From Candidatus Coprenecus merdipullorum (GTDB taxonomy: Bacteria > Bacteroidota > Bacteroidia > Bacteroidales > UBA932), in assembly GCA_019118865.1 (NCBI GenBank), contig DWYD01000181.1:431-64430 (forward strand): 64,000 nt of DNA, in the 5' to 3' direction. A program made the translations under genes and the position numbers. The notes under the pieces were generated by a model. The model was not told the DNA's origin. It saw only the letters and a list, made by a program, of their open reading frames with translations, and made no database searches. This document shows positions 19,775 through 28,685 of the stretch, in pieces (the stretch's first letter is position 1; each line of letters opens with the position of its first letter).

Positions 19775-21928
19775 ATGAAAACCTACCAGACCGGAAACAT
19801 CAGAAATGTCGTGCTTCTGGGAAGCTCTAAATCTGGGAAGACCACCTTGTCGGAAGCAATGATGTTCGAAGGCAAAGTGATTGACCGCAGAGGTACCGTA
19901 GAAGCGAAGAACACAATCAGTGACAACACAGAAATCGAGCAGATCAACCAGCGCTCCATCTATTCGACTCCCCTGTATACGGAGTTCATGGACAACAAGC
20001 TGAATATCATGGATACTCCTGGTGCCGATGACTTTATCGGCGGAGTGATCTCCTCGTTCAAAGTATGCGACTCAGGCATCCTCGTAGTCAACGCCCAGCA
20101 GGGTGTCGAGGTAGGTACCGAAATATTCGGCCGATATGCTGAAAACTATAAAAAGCCCCTCGTTGTAGCCGTCAACCAGCTGGACGCCGACAAGGCCAAC
20201 TGGGAAAACACCATCGATACCCTGAAAGAGGCCTTCGGCAGTAAGATCGTCCTCGTACAATTCCCTGTAGCCGTAGGAGCAGGATTCAACGGATTCATCG
20301 ACGTGCTCACCATGAAGATGTACACCTTCAAGGACGACAACGGCACCCGCGAGGAGCATGACATACCCGCAGACCTCAAGGGACAAGCCGACGAAGTGCT
20401 CGCAGCCCTCACAGAGATGGCCGCAGAAAGCGACGAGGCCCTTATGGAGAAATATTTTGATGCCGGCGAGCTCACCCGCGAGGAGATTGAAAAAGGACTC
20501 AACCTCGGTTTCCTCCAGGGCTCCATCATGCCTACCTTCTGCGTATCGGCCAGAAAGGACATCGGTGTCAAGAAACTCATGGAGTTCATGATCAACGTAG
20601 CTCCCTCGCCTGCAAACGACAGCGAGCCCACCAAGGACGGAGGCAGCATACCCTGCAGCGCCGACGGTCCCACATCTATTTTCATCTTCAAGAACGCTCT
20701 CGAGCAGCACCTCGGCGACGTGGCCTACTTCAAGGTTATGTCAGGTAAACTGACTGAGGGCATGGACCTCGTCAACGCGGAGAACGGCAACAAGGAGCGT
20801 ATATCCCAGATCTTCGCCGTAGCCGGCAAAAAGAGGGAGAAAGTCAGCGAGATGGTGGCCGGCGACATTGGCTGCACCGTGAAGCTGAAGACCGTGAAGT
20901 CCAACCAGACACTCTGCGCTCCCGGACAGGAGATCGTCTATGAGCCCATCGTCTATCCTCAGGCCAAGTACCGCACCGCCATCAAGGCTGTGGACGAAAA
21001 GGACGAGGAGAAGCTCGGCGAAATCCTCAACAAGGCAGCCGCCGAGGATCCCACCTACATCGTACAGTACGCCAAGGAGCTCAAGCAGACCATCCTCAGC
21101 GGACAGGGCGAGCAGCACATCAACATCCTCAAGTGGCAGATCAACAACATCAACAAGATGGAAATCGAGTTCATGGCACCCCGCATCTCATACCGCGAGA
21201 CCATCACCAAGGTCGCTGCAGCCAACTACCGCCACAAGAAGCAGTCCGGCGGCGCCGGTCAGTTCGGTGAGGTTCACCTCCTCCTGGAACCCTACGTGGA
21301 GGGTGCTCCCCAGAACAACCGCTTCAAGGTAGACGGCAGGGAAATGGTGCTCAACATCAAGTCTAAGGAAGAATACACCATGGACTGGGGCGGTAAGCTC
21401 GAGTTCTACAACTGTATCGTCGGCGGCGCCATCGACGCCCGCTTCATGCCCGCCATCCTCAAGGGTATCATGGAGAAGATGGAGGAAGGTCCTCTGACAG
21501 GCTCCTACGCCCGCGATATCCGCGTCTATGTGTACGACGGTAAGATGCACCCGGTGGACTCCAACGAGATCTCCTTCAAGCTGGCCGCCCGCAACGCCTT
21601 CAAGGAAGCATTCCGCAACGCCGGTCCTAAGATCATGGAGCCTATCTGCAACATCGAGATCATGGTGCCCGGCGAGTACATGGGTGACGTGATGTCCGAC
21701 CTCCAGGGCCGCAGGGCCATGATCGAGGGTATGAGCAGTGTCAAGGGCTTCGAGGTGCTAAAGGCACGTGTGCCTCTGGCAGAGCTCTACAAGTACTCCA
21801 CCACCCTCAGCTCGCTGACATCGGGACGCGCTTCCTTCACAACGGAGATGGCTGAGTACCAGCAGGTGCCTGCTGACGTTCAGGAGAAGCTGCTGAAGGC
21901 TTACCAGGAGGAGGAAAAAGACGAATAA
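19775..21928 (+). CDS. Elongation factor G paralog (EF-G2-like, atypical GTPase motifs)
   Basis: 717 aa with EF-G domain order. G1 is GSSKSGKTT and G3 is DTPGADDF (Ala in place of the catalytic His). NQLD is present. Confidence 0.88.
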   Translation: MKTYQTGNIRNVVLLGSSKSGKTTLSEAMMFEGKVIDRRGTVEAKNTISDNTEIEQINQRSIYSTPLYTEFMDNKLNIMDTPGADDFIGGVISSFKVCDSGILVVNAQQGVEVGTEIFGRYAENYKKPLVVAVNQLDADKANWENTIDTLKEAFGSKIVLVQFPVAVGAGFNGFIDVLTMKMYTFKDDNGTREEHDIPADLKGQADEVLAALTEMAAESDEALMEKYFDAGELTREEIEKGLNLGFLQGSIMPTFCVSARKDIGVKKLMEFMINVAPSPANDSEPTKDGGSIPCSADGPTSIFIFKNALEQHLGDVAYFKVMSGKLTEGMDLVNAENGNKERISQIFAVAGKKREKVSEMVAGDIGCTVKLKTVKSNQTLCAPGQEIVYEPIVYPQAKYRTAIKAVDEKDEEKLGEILNKAAAEDPTYIVQYAKELKQTILSGQGEQHINILKWQINNINKMEIEFMAPRISYRETITKVAAANYRHKKQSGGAGQFGEVHLLLEPYVEGAPQNNRFKVDGREMVLNIKSKEEYTMDWGGKLEFYNCIVGGAIDARFMPAILKGIMEKMEEGPLTGSYARDIRVYVYDGKMHPVDSNEISFKLAARNAFKEAFRNAGPKIMEPICNIEIMVPGEYMGDVMSDLQGRRAMIEGMSSVKGFEVLKARVPLAELYKYSTTLSSLTSGRASFTTEMAEYQQVPADVQEKLLKAYQEEEKDE

Positions 21929-21966
21929 TTCGGTGCGTCATAATGGGCGAACTGCTGAATTTAAAG

Positions 21967-22001
21967 AAGCCGCATCGGTTGGTCCGGTGCGGCTTTTGTT
22001 T
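21967..22001 (+). terminator. Rho-independent terminator
   Basis: Stem AAGCCGCATCGG / CCGGTGCGGCTT (one G-T pair) followed by TTTGTTTT. Confidence 0.6.
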
Positions 22002-22012
22002 TGGGGTGGGGT

Positions 22013-22192
22013 TTAGAAGAGGGCGTTCCAGGCTTTTTCCATCTGACGCCGGGAGGAAAAGCCGGCAAAAGTCCAGATACAGCGGTACGGGACTCCGTAC
22101 TCCATCATAAGTTCCCGCGCAAAGAGAAGCCGGGCCATAGTAATTTTCTCATCACGCCTGAAGGTCCGGCGCTGCGACACATCTCTTATCAT
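22013..22192 (-). CDS. Small ORF (59 aa) resembling the second HTH of an AraC-family regulator; possibly a gene remnant
   Basis: Hand translation gives MIRDVSQRRTFRRDEKITMARLLFARELMMEYGVPYRCIWTFAGFSSRRQMEKAWNALF. This fits the AraC pattern A..LL....I..IA...GF.S...F.R.F. It falls just below the ORF-track length cutoff. Confidence 0.3.
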   Translation of the reverse strand: MIRDVSQRRTFRRDEKITMARLLFARELMMEYGVPYRCIWTFAGFSSRRQMEKAWNALF

Positions 22193-22374
22193 AACAATTC
22201 TATTTTTAAGGTTATAAATTACAACTCAAAGTTATAAAGCGCTTCTGTCTCTATTTCCATTTATTAAAAAACATAAAGGTTTTTACACGTTTTTTAACTG
22301 CTTGATGTCCATTATTATTACTATTGGTTGTATTATATAACTTTCAATCTGTTTTTAAATTCCTATTTCGGGTA

Positions 22375-22382
22375 TACTTTTG
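22375..22382 (+). promoter_or_regulatory. Putative -7 promoter box (TACTTTTG)
   Basis: It lies only 5 nt before the ATG at 22388, which would imply a leaderless or very short-leader mRNA. Confidence 0.3.
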
Positions 22383-22387
22383 TTAGT

Positions 22388-22723
22388 ATGAACGACAAGG
22401 ATATCAAAAATAGGATTGCCCGTTACCGCAGGGAACACAACCTCTCGCAAGCCGAGATTGCGGAACGCCTGTCGATATCCCAGACCGCATACTATAAAAT
22501 CGAAAGAGGTAAGACCTCACTGATAAGCGAGCATCTTCCTAAGATAGCGGATGCGCTCGACCTCTCGGAGGAGGCACTGGTACTTGGCTACGAACCGGGA
22601 GAGAAGGAGAAATACGAAAGCATCATTGCGGAAAAAGACCGCAGGATAGCGGAACTTGAGGCCGCTCTGGCCGACAAGAACAGAATAATCGAACTTCAAG
22701 ACCGTCTTTTGCGAAAAATTTAG
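22388..22723 (+). CDS. XRE-family HTH protein with a C-terminal coiled coil
   Basis: IARYRREHNLSQAEIAERLSISQTAYYKIERGK is an HTH_3 signature. The C-terminal heptad-like region is AEKDRRIAELEAALADKNRIIELQDRLL. Confidence 0.8.
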   Translation: MNDKDIKNRIARYRREHNLSQAEIAERLSISQTAYYKIERGKTSLISEHLPKIADALDLSEEALVLGYEPGEKEKYESIIAEKDRRIAELEAALADKNRIIELQDRLLRKI

Positions 22724-22735
22724 TTGCTTTGCAGC

Positions 22736-23329
22736 ATGTTGAACGCCTACGATATCGCCGGCGTCATAGAGGCCGGCACTGACGAGGCGGGACGGGGCTG
22801 CATAGCAGGGCCCGTCTACGCCGCAGCAGTCATCCTGCCCGGGGACTTCGAGGATCCGGGTCTGAACGATTCCAAGCAGCTCTCGCGGAAGGCCCGCGAG
22901 AGACTACGCGATTACATACAGGACAAGGCCCTGGCCTGGGCCGTGGCCTCCGCATCTCCCGAGGAGATAGATGAGATCAATATCCTCCAGGCATCCATAC
23001 TGTCCATGCACCGGGCCCTGGACGCCCTGAAAGTGCGCCCGCAGCATATCATAGTGGACGGCAACCGCTTCCGGCCCTACGGGGACATACCCTTCCGGTG
23101 CTATGTCAAGGGGGACGGCCGCTATGCATCGATCGCCGCCGCATCCATTTTAGCGAAGACTTACAGGGACGACTGCATGAGAAATGCCGCAGAGCTGTAT
23201 CCGCAGTACGGATGGGAGCGCAACTTCGGATACCCTACGGCGGAACACCGCAGCGCCGTAGCGCAATACGGCATCACGCCCCTGCACCGCAGGAGCTTCC
23301 AGATTCTGCCCGATCCGACATTGTTCTGA
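22736..23329 (+). CDS. rnhB: Ribonuclease HII
   Basis: GTDEAGRGCIAGPVYAAAV, DSKQLS and ASIAAASILAK motifs. The ATG is at 22736; a TTG at 22724 is also possible. Confidence 0.93.
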   Translation: MLNAYDIAGVIEAGTDEAGRGCIAGPVYAAAVILPGDFEDPGLNDSKQLSRKARERLRDYIQDKALAWAVASASPEEIDEINILQASILSMHRALDALKVRPQHIIVDGNRFRPYGDIPFRCYVKGDGRYASIAAASILAKTYRDDCMRNAAELYPQYGWERNFGYPTAEHRSAVAQYGITPLHRRSFQILPDPTLF

Positions 23330-23338
23330 TTGTCCTAA

Positions 23339-24304
23339 CTATGATTCCTTGGCGAGGGTAAACTCGAAGCGCAGGCCGGAGGGAGTGCCGGGGACGGCCT
23401 TTATAGTGCCGCCGTGGAGACATACCGCGTTCCGGACTATGGAAAGACCCAGACCCGTGCCGCCTATCTTGCGGCTGCGGCCCTTGTCTATGCGGTAGAA
23501 CCGCTCGAAGATGCGGGGCAGGTGCATGCTGTCTATCCCCACTCCGTCGTCCTCGATGGATATCCTGTATTCCCTGTCATTTTCCTCCAGGAGCCTTACC
23601 GTTACCTTCGTGCCCTTGGAGTAGAAAATCGCGTTCTCCAGGAGATTGCGGAAGATGGAGTAGAGGAGGGAATGATTGCCCATAATCTCCTTTCCCTCCG
23701 GGAAATCGTTGATTATCTGCATTGTTCCCCTGTCCTCAGGGCCTATCTTGGCCATGGGGCTGTCCTTGCCGTCGAATTTGCCGGCGATAGGCTCCATGTC
23801 GGAGACAGCCTCCGCCACTACGTCCGAGAGGGAGATACACTCCTTCTCGATCTTGTCTCCGGCCTCGTCCATGCGGGTGATGGTCGAGAGGTCGAGCAGG
23901 AGGCTGGAGAGCCGCTGCGACTGCTCGTAGCACTTGCGGAGGAAGATGTCCCGCTGCTGGGGACTCATATTAGGGTTGTTGACGAGGGTTTCCAGGTAGC
24001 CGTTGATACTGCTGACGGGGGTCTTGAGCTCGTGGCTGATGTTCTGGGTGAGCTGCTTTTTCTGACGGATATTGTCCTGGGACTCGCGGGCCACCATCTC
24101 GCGGGCGGCGGAGAGGGTATCGCGGTCGTTCATGTCGCGGCGGTAGGTATTCACCAGGCGGTTGAGCAGACGGCCGTACCTGCTTTCGGGAAAGGGCGGG
24201 AAAGAGTCGTCGAGAGGGTTGCCCTTCTCGGCCATGTAGACGAACTCCTCGAGTCTGGAGAGCAGTTCCTTCCTATGTATTATCTCCTTGAGCATAACTT
24301 CCAT
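23339..24304 (-). CDS. Sensor histidine kinase with no predicted membrane segment
   Basis: H-box ISHELKTPVSSINGY, N-box LLENAIFYS, G-boxes DDGVGI and GGTGLGLSIV. The ATG at 24304 (MEVMLKE) is 5 nt after the response-regulator stop. I see no hydrophobic helix anywhere in the 321 aa. Confidence 0.85.
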   Translation of the reverse strand: MEVMLKEIIHRKELLSRLEEFVYMAEKGNPLDDSFPPFPESRYGRLLNRLVNTYRRDMNDRDTLSAAREMVARESQDNIRQKKQLTQNISHELKTPVSSINGYLETLVNNPNMSPQQRDIFLRKCYEQSQRLSSLLLDLSTITRMDEAGDKIEKECISLSDVVAEAVSDMEPIAGKFDGKDSPMAKIGPEDRGTMQIINDFPEGKEIMGNHSLLYSIFRNLLENAIFYSKGTKVTVRLLEENDREYRISIEDDGVGIDSMHLPRIFERFYRIDKGRSRKIGGTGLGLSIVRNAVCLHGGTIKAVPGTPSGLRFEFTLAKES

Positions 24305-24309
24305 ACACT

Positions 24310-25041
24310 CTATACGTCGAAGCCGTAGCCGTAGCCCTGGCGAGTGACGATATATCTGCCGTACTCGCCTATCTTCTTGCGGAGTCGGGTGATATTGACG
24401 TCGATGGTGCGGTCCAGGACCACCACCTCGTCGCTCCAGACATTGTGCAGGATCTCCTCGCGGGAGAGGACACGGCCGGAGTTGCGCAGGAAGAGAATCA
24501 TTATCTCCATTTCCTTCTTGGTCAGCTGTACTTCCTGACCGTCGATATAGCACTTGTGCTTGAGCAGGTCCAGGCGCAGACCGTTGTACGTGATGCTGTC
24601 TCCGCTCATTTCCGTGCGGGGCGCGGAGACATCTGACTGCAGCTTCACCGGAGACTGCTGCGCCTGGGGGGCACAGCGGCGGAGTACACTCTTGACCCTT
24701 GCGACCACCTCCCTGACTGAGAACGGCTTGGAGATGTAGTCGTCGGCTCCGAGGGTAAGACCGGCTATCTTATTGTCCTCAGTATCCTTGGCTGTGCAGA
24801 AGATAATGGGGATAGACGCCGTGGCCGGATCCTTCTTGAGCATCTGGGCCATCTTGAATCCGCTCATCCCGCCCATCATGATGTCCAGCAGGATGAGGGA
24901 AAAACTTTTAATGTCCTTGCCGAGAGCCTCTTCCGCGCTGTAGGCCACTTCTACCTCGTAGCCCTCGACCTCCAGATTGAACTGGAGAATCTCACAGATG
25001 GACTCCTCGTCATCGACTATAAGAATTCTTTGCATACGCAA
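24310..25041 (-). CDS. OmpR/PhoB-family response regulator
   Basis: Receiver domain ILIVDDEE...LILLDIMMGGMSGF and winged-helix output LTKKEMEIMILFL...VTRQGYGYGF. Confidence 0.92.
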   Translation of the reverse strand: MRMQRILIVDDEESICEILQFNLEVEGYEVEVAYSAEEALGKDIKSFSLILLDIMMGGMSGFKMAQMLKKDPATASIPIIFCTAKDTEDNKIAGLTLGADDYISKPFSVREVVARVKSVLRRCAPQAQQSPVKLQSDVSAPRTEMSGDSITYNGLRLDLLKHKCYIDGQEVQLTKKEMEIMILFLRNSGRVLSREEILHNVWSDEVVVLDRTIDVNITRLRKKIGEYGRYIVTRQGYGYGFDV

Positions 25042-25056
25042 ATATAGTATTAATTT

Positions 25057-27327
25057 TTACTTACCCTTCACTGTGGAGAGGTAGGTGTAGGCGCGGATCA
25101 GGTGCTTGAGGTTGTCGGCCATCTGCTGGGTCTCCTGCAGGATGGTCTGATAGAGGATGTAGATGTTGAAGTTGGAGGTGTCGGACTCGGAGTTGAAGCG
25201 CTCGAGGTTGTTCTTGCGCAGCACGGCTACTTCCTTCTTGTAGGCGGAGATGTCCTTGATCAGCTCCTTGGACTGCTGCTCGGCCGCGGGGTTGAAGTCG
25301 TCCACGTAGGCGCGGGTCTTGTTGAGCAGGACGAGGAAGGCCTCGCTGGCGGGAGCGAACTCCTCGGCGCAGTCCTTGGGCAGAGGGTTGAAGTTGTTCT
25401 CCAGGTGCTCCTTGCAGGGCTCGGACATACGCTTGAGGCTGTACAGGAGCTGGGAGGTGTTGTTGGCCTCGAGGTGGAACCAAGTGCTGGCCTGCACGGA
25501 CACGGTCGGATCGGTACGCTTGAGGGCCAGAATCTCCTTGCGGCGGACGGACTTGTAACCGTCTATCTCGGCGTGCATGGTGCTGTAATGACGGCGCAGG
25601 CACTTGAGGTTCTCGCTGACGAAGCAGTCGATGAAGTTGGAGTAGTAGTTGGAGACATAGTCCAGCTCCTTGACCGTGCTGTCCTTTACCTGATTCTTGA
25701 GCAGGCTCCATACCTCGTCGGGGTCGTTGGAAGACATCATCTGCTCGAAGACGGTCTTGTTCTTCTCCTTCTCGTGGGCTTTCTTATTGAACTTGATATT
25801 GCTACGGATGATGATGACCATGGCGACGATGCTGAGGAGTATCATGGCTACGAAGCTGCCGTAGTGCATCACGAGGGCTATCGCGAAGCAGACTGCGAAG
25901 GCTATCACCGCTGTCAGCAGCCAGCCGCCCATCACGGACATCATGCCGGTCACCCTGCCTACAGCGCTCTCGCGGTCCCAGGCGCGATCCATCAGGGAGG
26001 TACCCATGGCCACGGTAAATGTCACGAAGGTGGTGGAGAGGGGCAGCTTGAGGGAGGTGCCGAGGGCAATCAGGAGGGAGGATACCACCAGGTTGACGGC
26101 GGCCCTCATCTGATCGAATGCGGCACCCTTGACGAGGATGGCCTCGTCCTTGTTGAAACGGCTGTCAATCCAGTTGCGGACTCTCAGGGGAGTCACCTTC
26201 TCCAGCCATGTGGCGAAGGAATTGGCTATCTGCACGAGGCGGCGGCCGGTGGCGGAGGTACCGAAGGAGGCCTCGGACTCGTTCTGGTTGGTCAGGTTGA
26301 CCTCGGTGTTAATCACGTTGCGGGCCTTCCGGGAGGTAGCCAGGGCAAATACCATGGTGGCGCCGGAGAGAATCAGGAATATCATCGGGGTGTGGGCCGG
26401 TTCGAGCAGGCTGCCCATCAGGTAGTTGTCGGCTCCCACACCCATACCGTTGGCGGAGTAGTCCTGCCATGCGGAGAAGCCTGCGAGAGGCACGCCGACG
26501 AAGTTCACCAGGTCGTTGCCGGCAAAGGCCATGGCGAGGGAGAGAGTACCCATCAGCACGATGATCTTCAGGATATTGACCTTGCACCAGTGCAGTATCT
26601 GCATGATGACGCTGCTGCCGACGAAGAGGCAGAGCACCAGCATGCCGGTGTGCTCCTTAATCCAGGCATTGGCATCGGCTGTCATGAAGGAGGAGTCCTT
26701 CAGACCTTTGATCAGCAGGAAGTACACGATGGCCGTCACGGCTATGCCGCCGAAAACTCCGGCCAGGTATTTCATCCTGGGCTTATAATTGAATGTAAAT
26801 ATCGTACGGACTATCCACTGTATCACCATACCGAAGACAAATGCTATGGCTATCGAGAGGAAAATACCGAGTATCACCGAGAGAGCCTTGTCTGTATTGA
26901 TCATCTGGGCGAATGTCAGGGCGCCGTCGGTCTGGATGTTCTTGATCATGGCGAGGGCCACCGTACCTCCGAGCAACTCGAAGACGAGGGAGACTGTGGT
27001 CGAGGTGGGCAGGCCCCTGGAGTTGAATGCGTCGAGGAGTATCACGTCGGTCACCATTACAGCCAGGCAGATCGTAATCAGCTCGGCAAAGCTGAAATAC
27101 TGCGGCTGGAAGATGCCGTGGCGGGCGATGTCCATCATACCGTTGGACAGGGACGCTCCGAGGAAGACTCCGATAGAGGCGATGATGATGAGGTTGCGGA
27201 ACCTGGCGGTCTTGGAACCTACCGCGGAGTTGAGAAAGTTTACAGCGTCGTTGCTCACGCCGACAATAATGTCCGAAATGGCGAGGCAGAAAAGGAAAAT
27301 GATGATTCCTATATACAAAAACTCCAT
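25057..27327 (-). CDS. PiT-family inorganic phosphate transporter with a long C-terminal helical (PhoU-like?) cytoplasmic domain
   Basis: GVSNDAVNFLNSAVGS and GNDLVNFVGVPLA are the duplicated PHO4 motifs. There are many transmembrane helices and a soluble tail of about 230 aa. I chose the ATG at 27327 (MEFLYIG). Confidence 0.85.
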   Translation of the reverse strand: MEFLYIGIIIFLFCLAISDIIVGVSNDAVNFLNSAVGSKTARFRNLIIIASIGVFLGASLSNGMMDIARHGIFQPQYFSFAELITICLAVMVTDVILLDAFNSRGLPTSTTVSLVFELLGGTVALAMIKNIQTDGALTFAQMINTDKALSVILGIFLSIAIAFVFGMVIQWIVRTIFTFNYKPRMKYLAGVFGGIAVTAIVYFLLIKGLKDSSFMTADANAWIKEHTGMLVLCLFVGSSVIMQILHWCKVNILKIIVLMGTLSLAMAFAGNDLVNFVGVPLAGFSAWQDYSANGMGVGADNYLMGSLLEPAHTPMIFLILSGATMVFALATSRKARNVINTEVNLTNQNESEASFGTSATGRRLVQIANSFATWLEKVTPLRVRNWIDSRFNKDEAILVKGAAFDQMRAAVNLVVSSLLIALGTSLKLPLSTTFVTFTVAMGTSLMDRAWDRESAVGRVTGMMSVMGGWLLTAVIAFAVCFAIALVMHYGSFVAMILLSIVAMVIIIRSNIKFNKKAHEKEKNKTVFEQMMSSNDPDEVWSLLKNQVKDSTVKELDYVSNYYSNFIDCFVSENLKCLRRHYSTMHAEIDGYKSVRRKEILALKRTDPTVSVQASTWFHLEANNTSQLLYSLKRMSEPCKEHLENNFNPLPKDCAEEFAPASEAFLVLLNKTRAYVDDFNPAAEQQSKELIKDISAYKKEVAVLRKNNLERFNSESDTSNFNIYILYQTILQETQQMADNLKHLIRAYTYLSTVKGK

Positions 27328-27349
27328 AACTGTGTATAAATTTCGGTTG

Positions 27350-27357
27350 CAAAAGTA
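27350..27357 (-). promoter_or_regulatory. Putative -7 promoter box (TACTTTTG on the minus strand)
   Basis: 23 nt upstream of the PiT ATG at 27327. Confidence 0.4.
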
Positions 27358-27420
27358 TGGCTGTGATGTTACAAAAGTATTACAAAATTGTAACAAGAAT
27401 ATGAAATGGAAAAAGTTTGC

Positions 27421-27428
27421 TAACTTTG
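27421..27428 (+). promoter_or_regulatory. Putative -7 promoter box (TAACTTTG)
   Basis: 23 nt upstream of the ATG at 27451. Confidence 0.4.
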
Positions 27429-27450
27429 AGAGACATTAACACATTAACAC

Positions 27451-28680
27451 ATGAAAACTTTACTGATTAACGCAGCACGTTGCTCCAGTGCCGTCCTGCT
27501 GTCGGCGGCCGTCTTGCTGGGCGCCGTGTCATGCGGTCCGAAAAGCACCACTCACCGCAACCCGGAAGGACTCGTCTCAGTCAACTATGCCGACCTGAAA
27601 CAGGGAGAGGACATCCTCATATCGGAGTGGGTCGGCGAGCCGGAGTTCATAGCCCTGGAAAGCCGGCCTGAGGCTCTAGTTACCGACGGACTGCTGACTA
27701 TCTCGGACCAATACATAGGCGTATACCGCAAAAACAGCGAAACGACCCCCTTCAAGCTGTTTGACCGCGCCACCGGAAAATACCTGCGGGATATCGGCGG
27801 TATCGGACGCGGACCGGGCGAATATACCGGCATATCTTCGGCACAGATAGACGAAGCCGGCGGAAAGGTCTGGATCAGCACCATAAACAGGAACAAAATC
27901 TACAGCTACGATATCACCACGGGCCGCCTCATAGCGGACATAAAGCTTCCCTACAAGGCCGACAACAATAACAACAACGGCTTCAACTTCTTAGTGGACA
28001 GCCTTTCCAGCACTATTACAGTCGTGCCCCTGCCCTTTAAGGACAAATGTCCCGCAGCCGCATGGTGCCAGGACATGGATGGCAACATCCTGTGGGAGAT
28101 TCCCAAGACCTACACTATGGAGGAGAATGTCTTACTGACGATGCGTACCGGACGCAACACACCGGGCACCATGGACCTGTGCTTCGAGAGCAACAACACC
28201 GCGCAGGACACATTGTACGTGTTGGAGGACCGGGAGATCAAGCCCATTCTTACTGTCCAGTTCGAAGGCATCACCGAGCCTAACTACATAGATCTCAGTG
28301 AAGACAGGCTCTTCCGCAGCTCCAGCCTCCTCCCAGGATACGCTGTCATCGGAATATCCAGGTCAGCAGGAATGACCAGCAGAGGTGTGGAATTCTTCAT
28401 CGAATACGAATATCTGCCCAGCGTGGTCATGGACAGGCAGACAGAGGAAGTATCCCTGCGCAACATCGTGGACGACATCATGACATGGAACGACAATAAT
28501 TTCCGCTTCACGGACGGGTATCTCGCGAACAGCTACGACGCCCTGACATTCCAGGAAGCCGGAGCCAAGGCCCTGACCGACGGCAGTCTCAGCGAAGCCG
28601 CCCACACTAAGATATCCTCCATCCTCGACGGCCTGACCGAGAACGACAACATCATACTCATGATAGCACCACTTAAATAA
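27451..28680 (+). CDS. 6-bladed beta-propeller family lipoprotein, paralog 1
   Basis: Lipobox GAVSCG and the conserved block FKLFDRATGKYLRDIGGIGRGPGEYTG. It aligns by eye along its whole length with the products of 29601-30794 and 30812-32023. Confidence 0.7.
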   Translation: MKTLLINAARCSSAVLLSAAVLLGAVSCGPKSTTHRNPEGLVSVNYADLKQGEDILISEWVGEPEFIALESRPEALVTDGLLTISDQYIGVYRKNSETTPFKLFDRATGKYLRDIGGIGRGPGEYTGISSAQIDEAGGKVWISTINRNKIYSYDITTGRLIADIKLPYKADNNNNNGFNFLVDSLSSTITVVPLPFKDKCPAAAWCQDMDGNILWEIPKTYTMEENVLLTMRTGRNTPGTMDLCFESNNTAQDTLYVLEDREIKPILTVQFEGITEPNYIDLSEDRLFRSSSLLPGYAVIGISRSAGMTSRGVEFFIEYEYLPSVVMDRQTEEVSLRNIVDDIMTWNDNNFRFTDGYLANSYDALTFQEAGAKALTDGSLSEAAHTKISSILDGLTENDNIILMIAPLK

Positions 28681-28685
28681 AGTAT

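Noticed and set aside
22001-22237. 78-aa plus-strand ORF listed in the ORF track
   Set aside because: It starts at a TTG inside the terminator tail of the EF-G paralog gene. The product is low-complexity with no motifs. The opposite strand encodes a more protein-like AraC-HTH-like peptide, itself only low confidence.
24305-24553. N-terminal 83-aa extension of the histidine kinase ORF (404-aa version)
   Set aside because: The extension overlaps the response-regulator coding sequence in another frame and is Arg/Pro/Gly-rich. The internal ATG at 24304 gives standard 5-nt operon spacing.
25102-27339. 745-aa ORF on the plus strand, antisense to the PiT transporter gene
   Set aside because: It is a shadow ORF of a GC3-rich gene. 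The composition is dominated by G/V/E/D/H/L/A with no recognisable motifs. The minus-strand frame carries clear duplicated PHO4 motifs and transmembrane helices.
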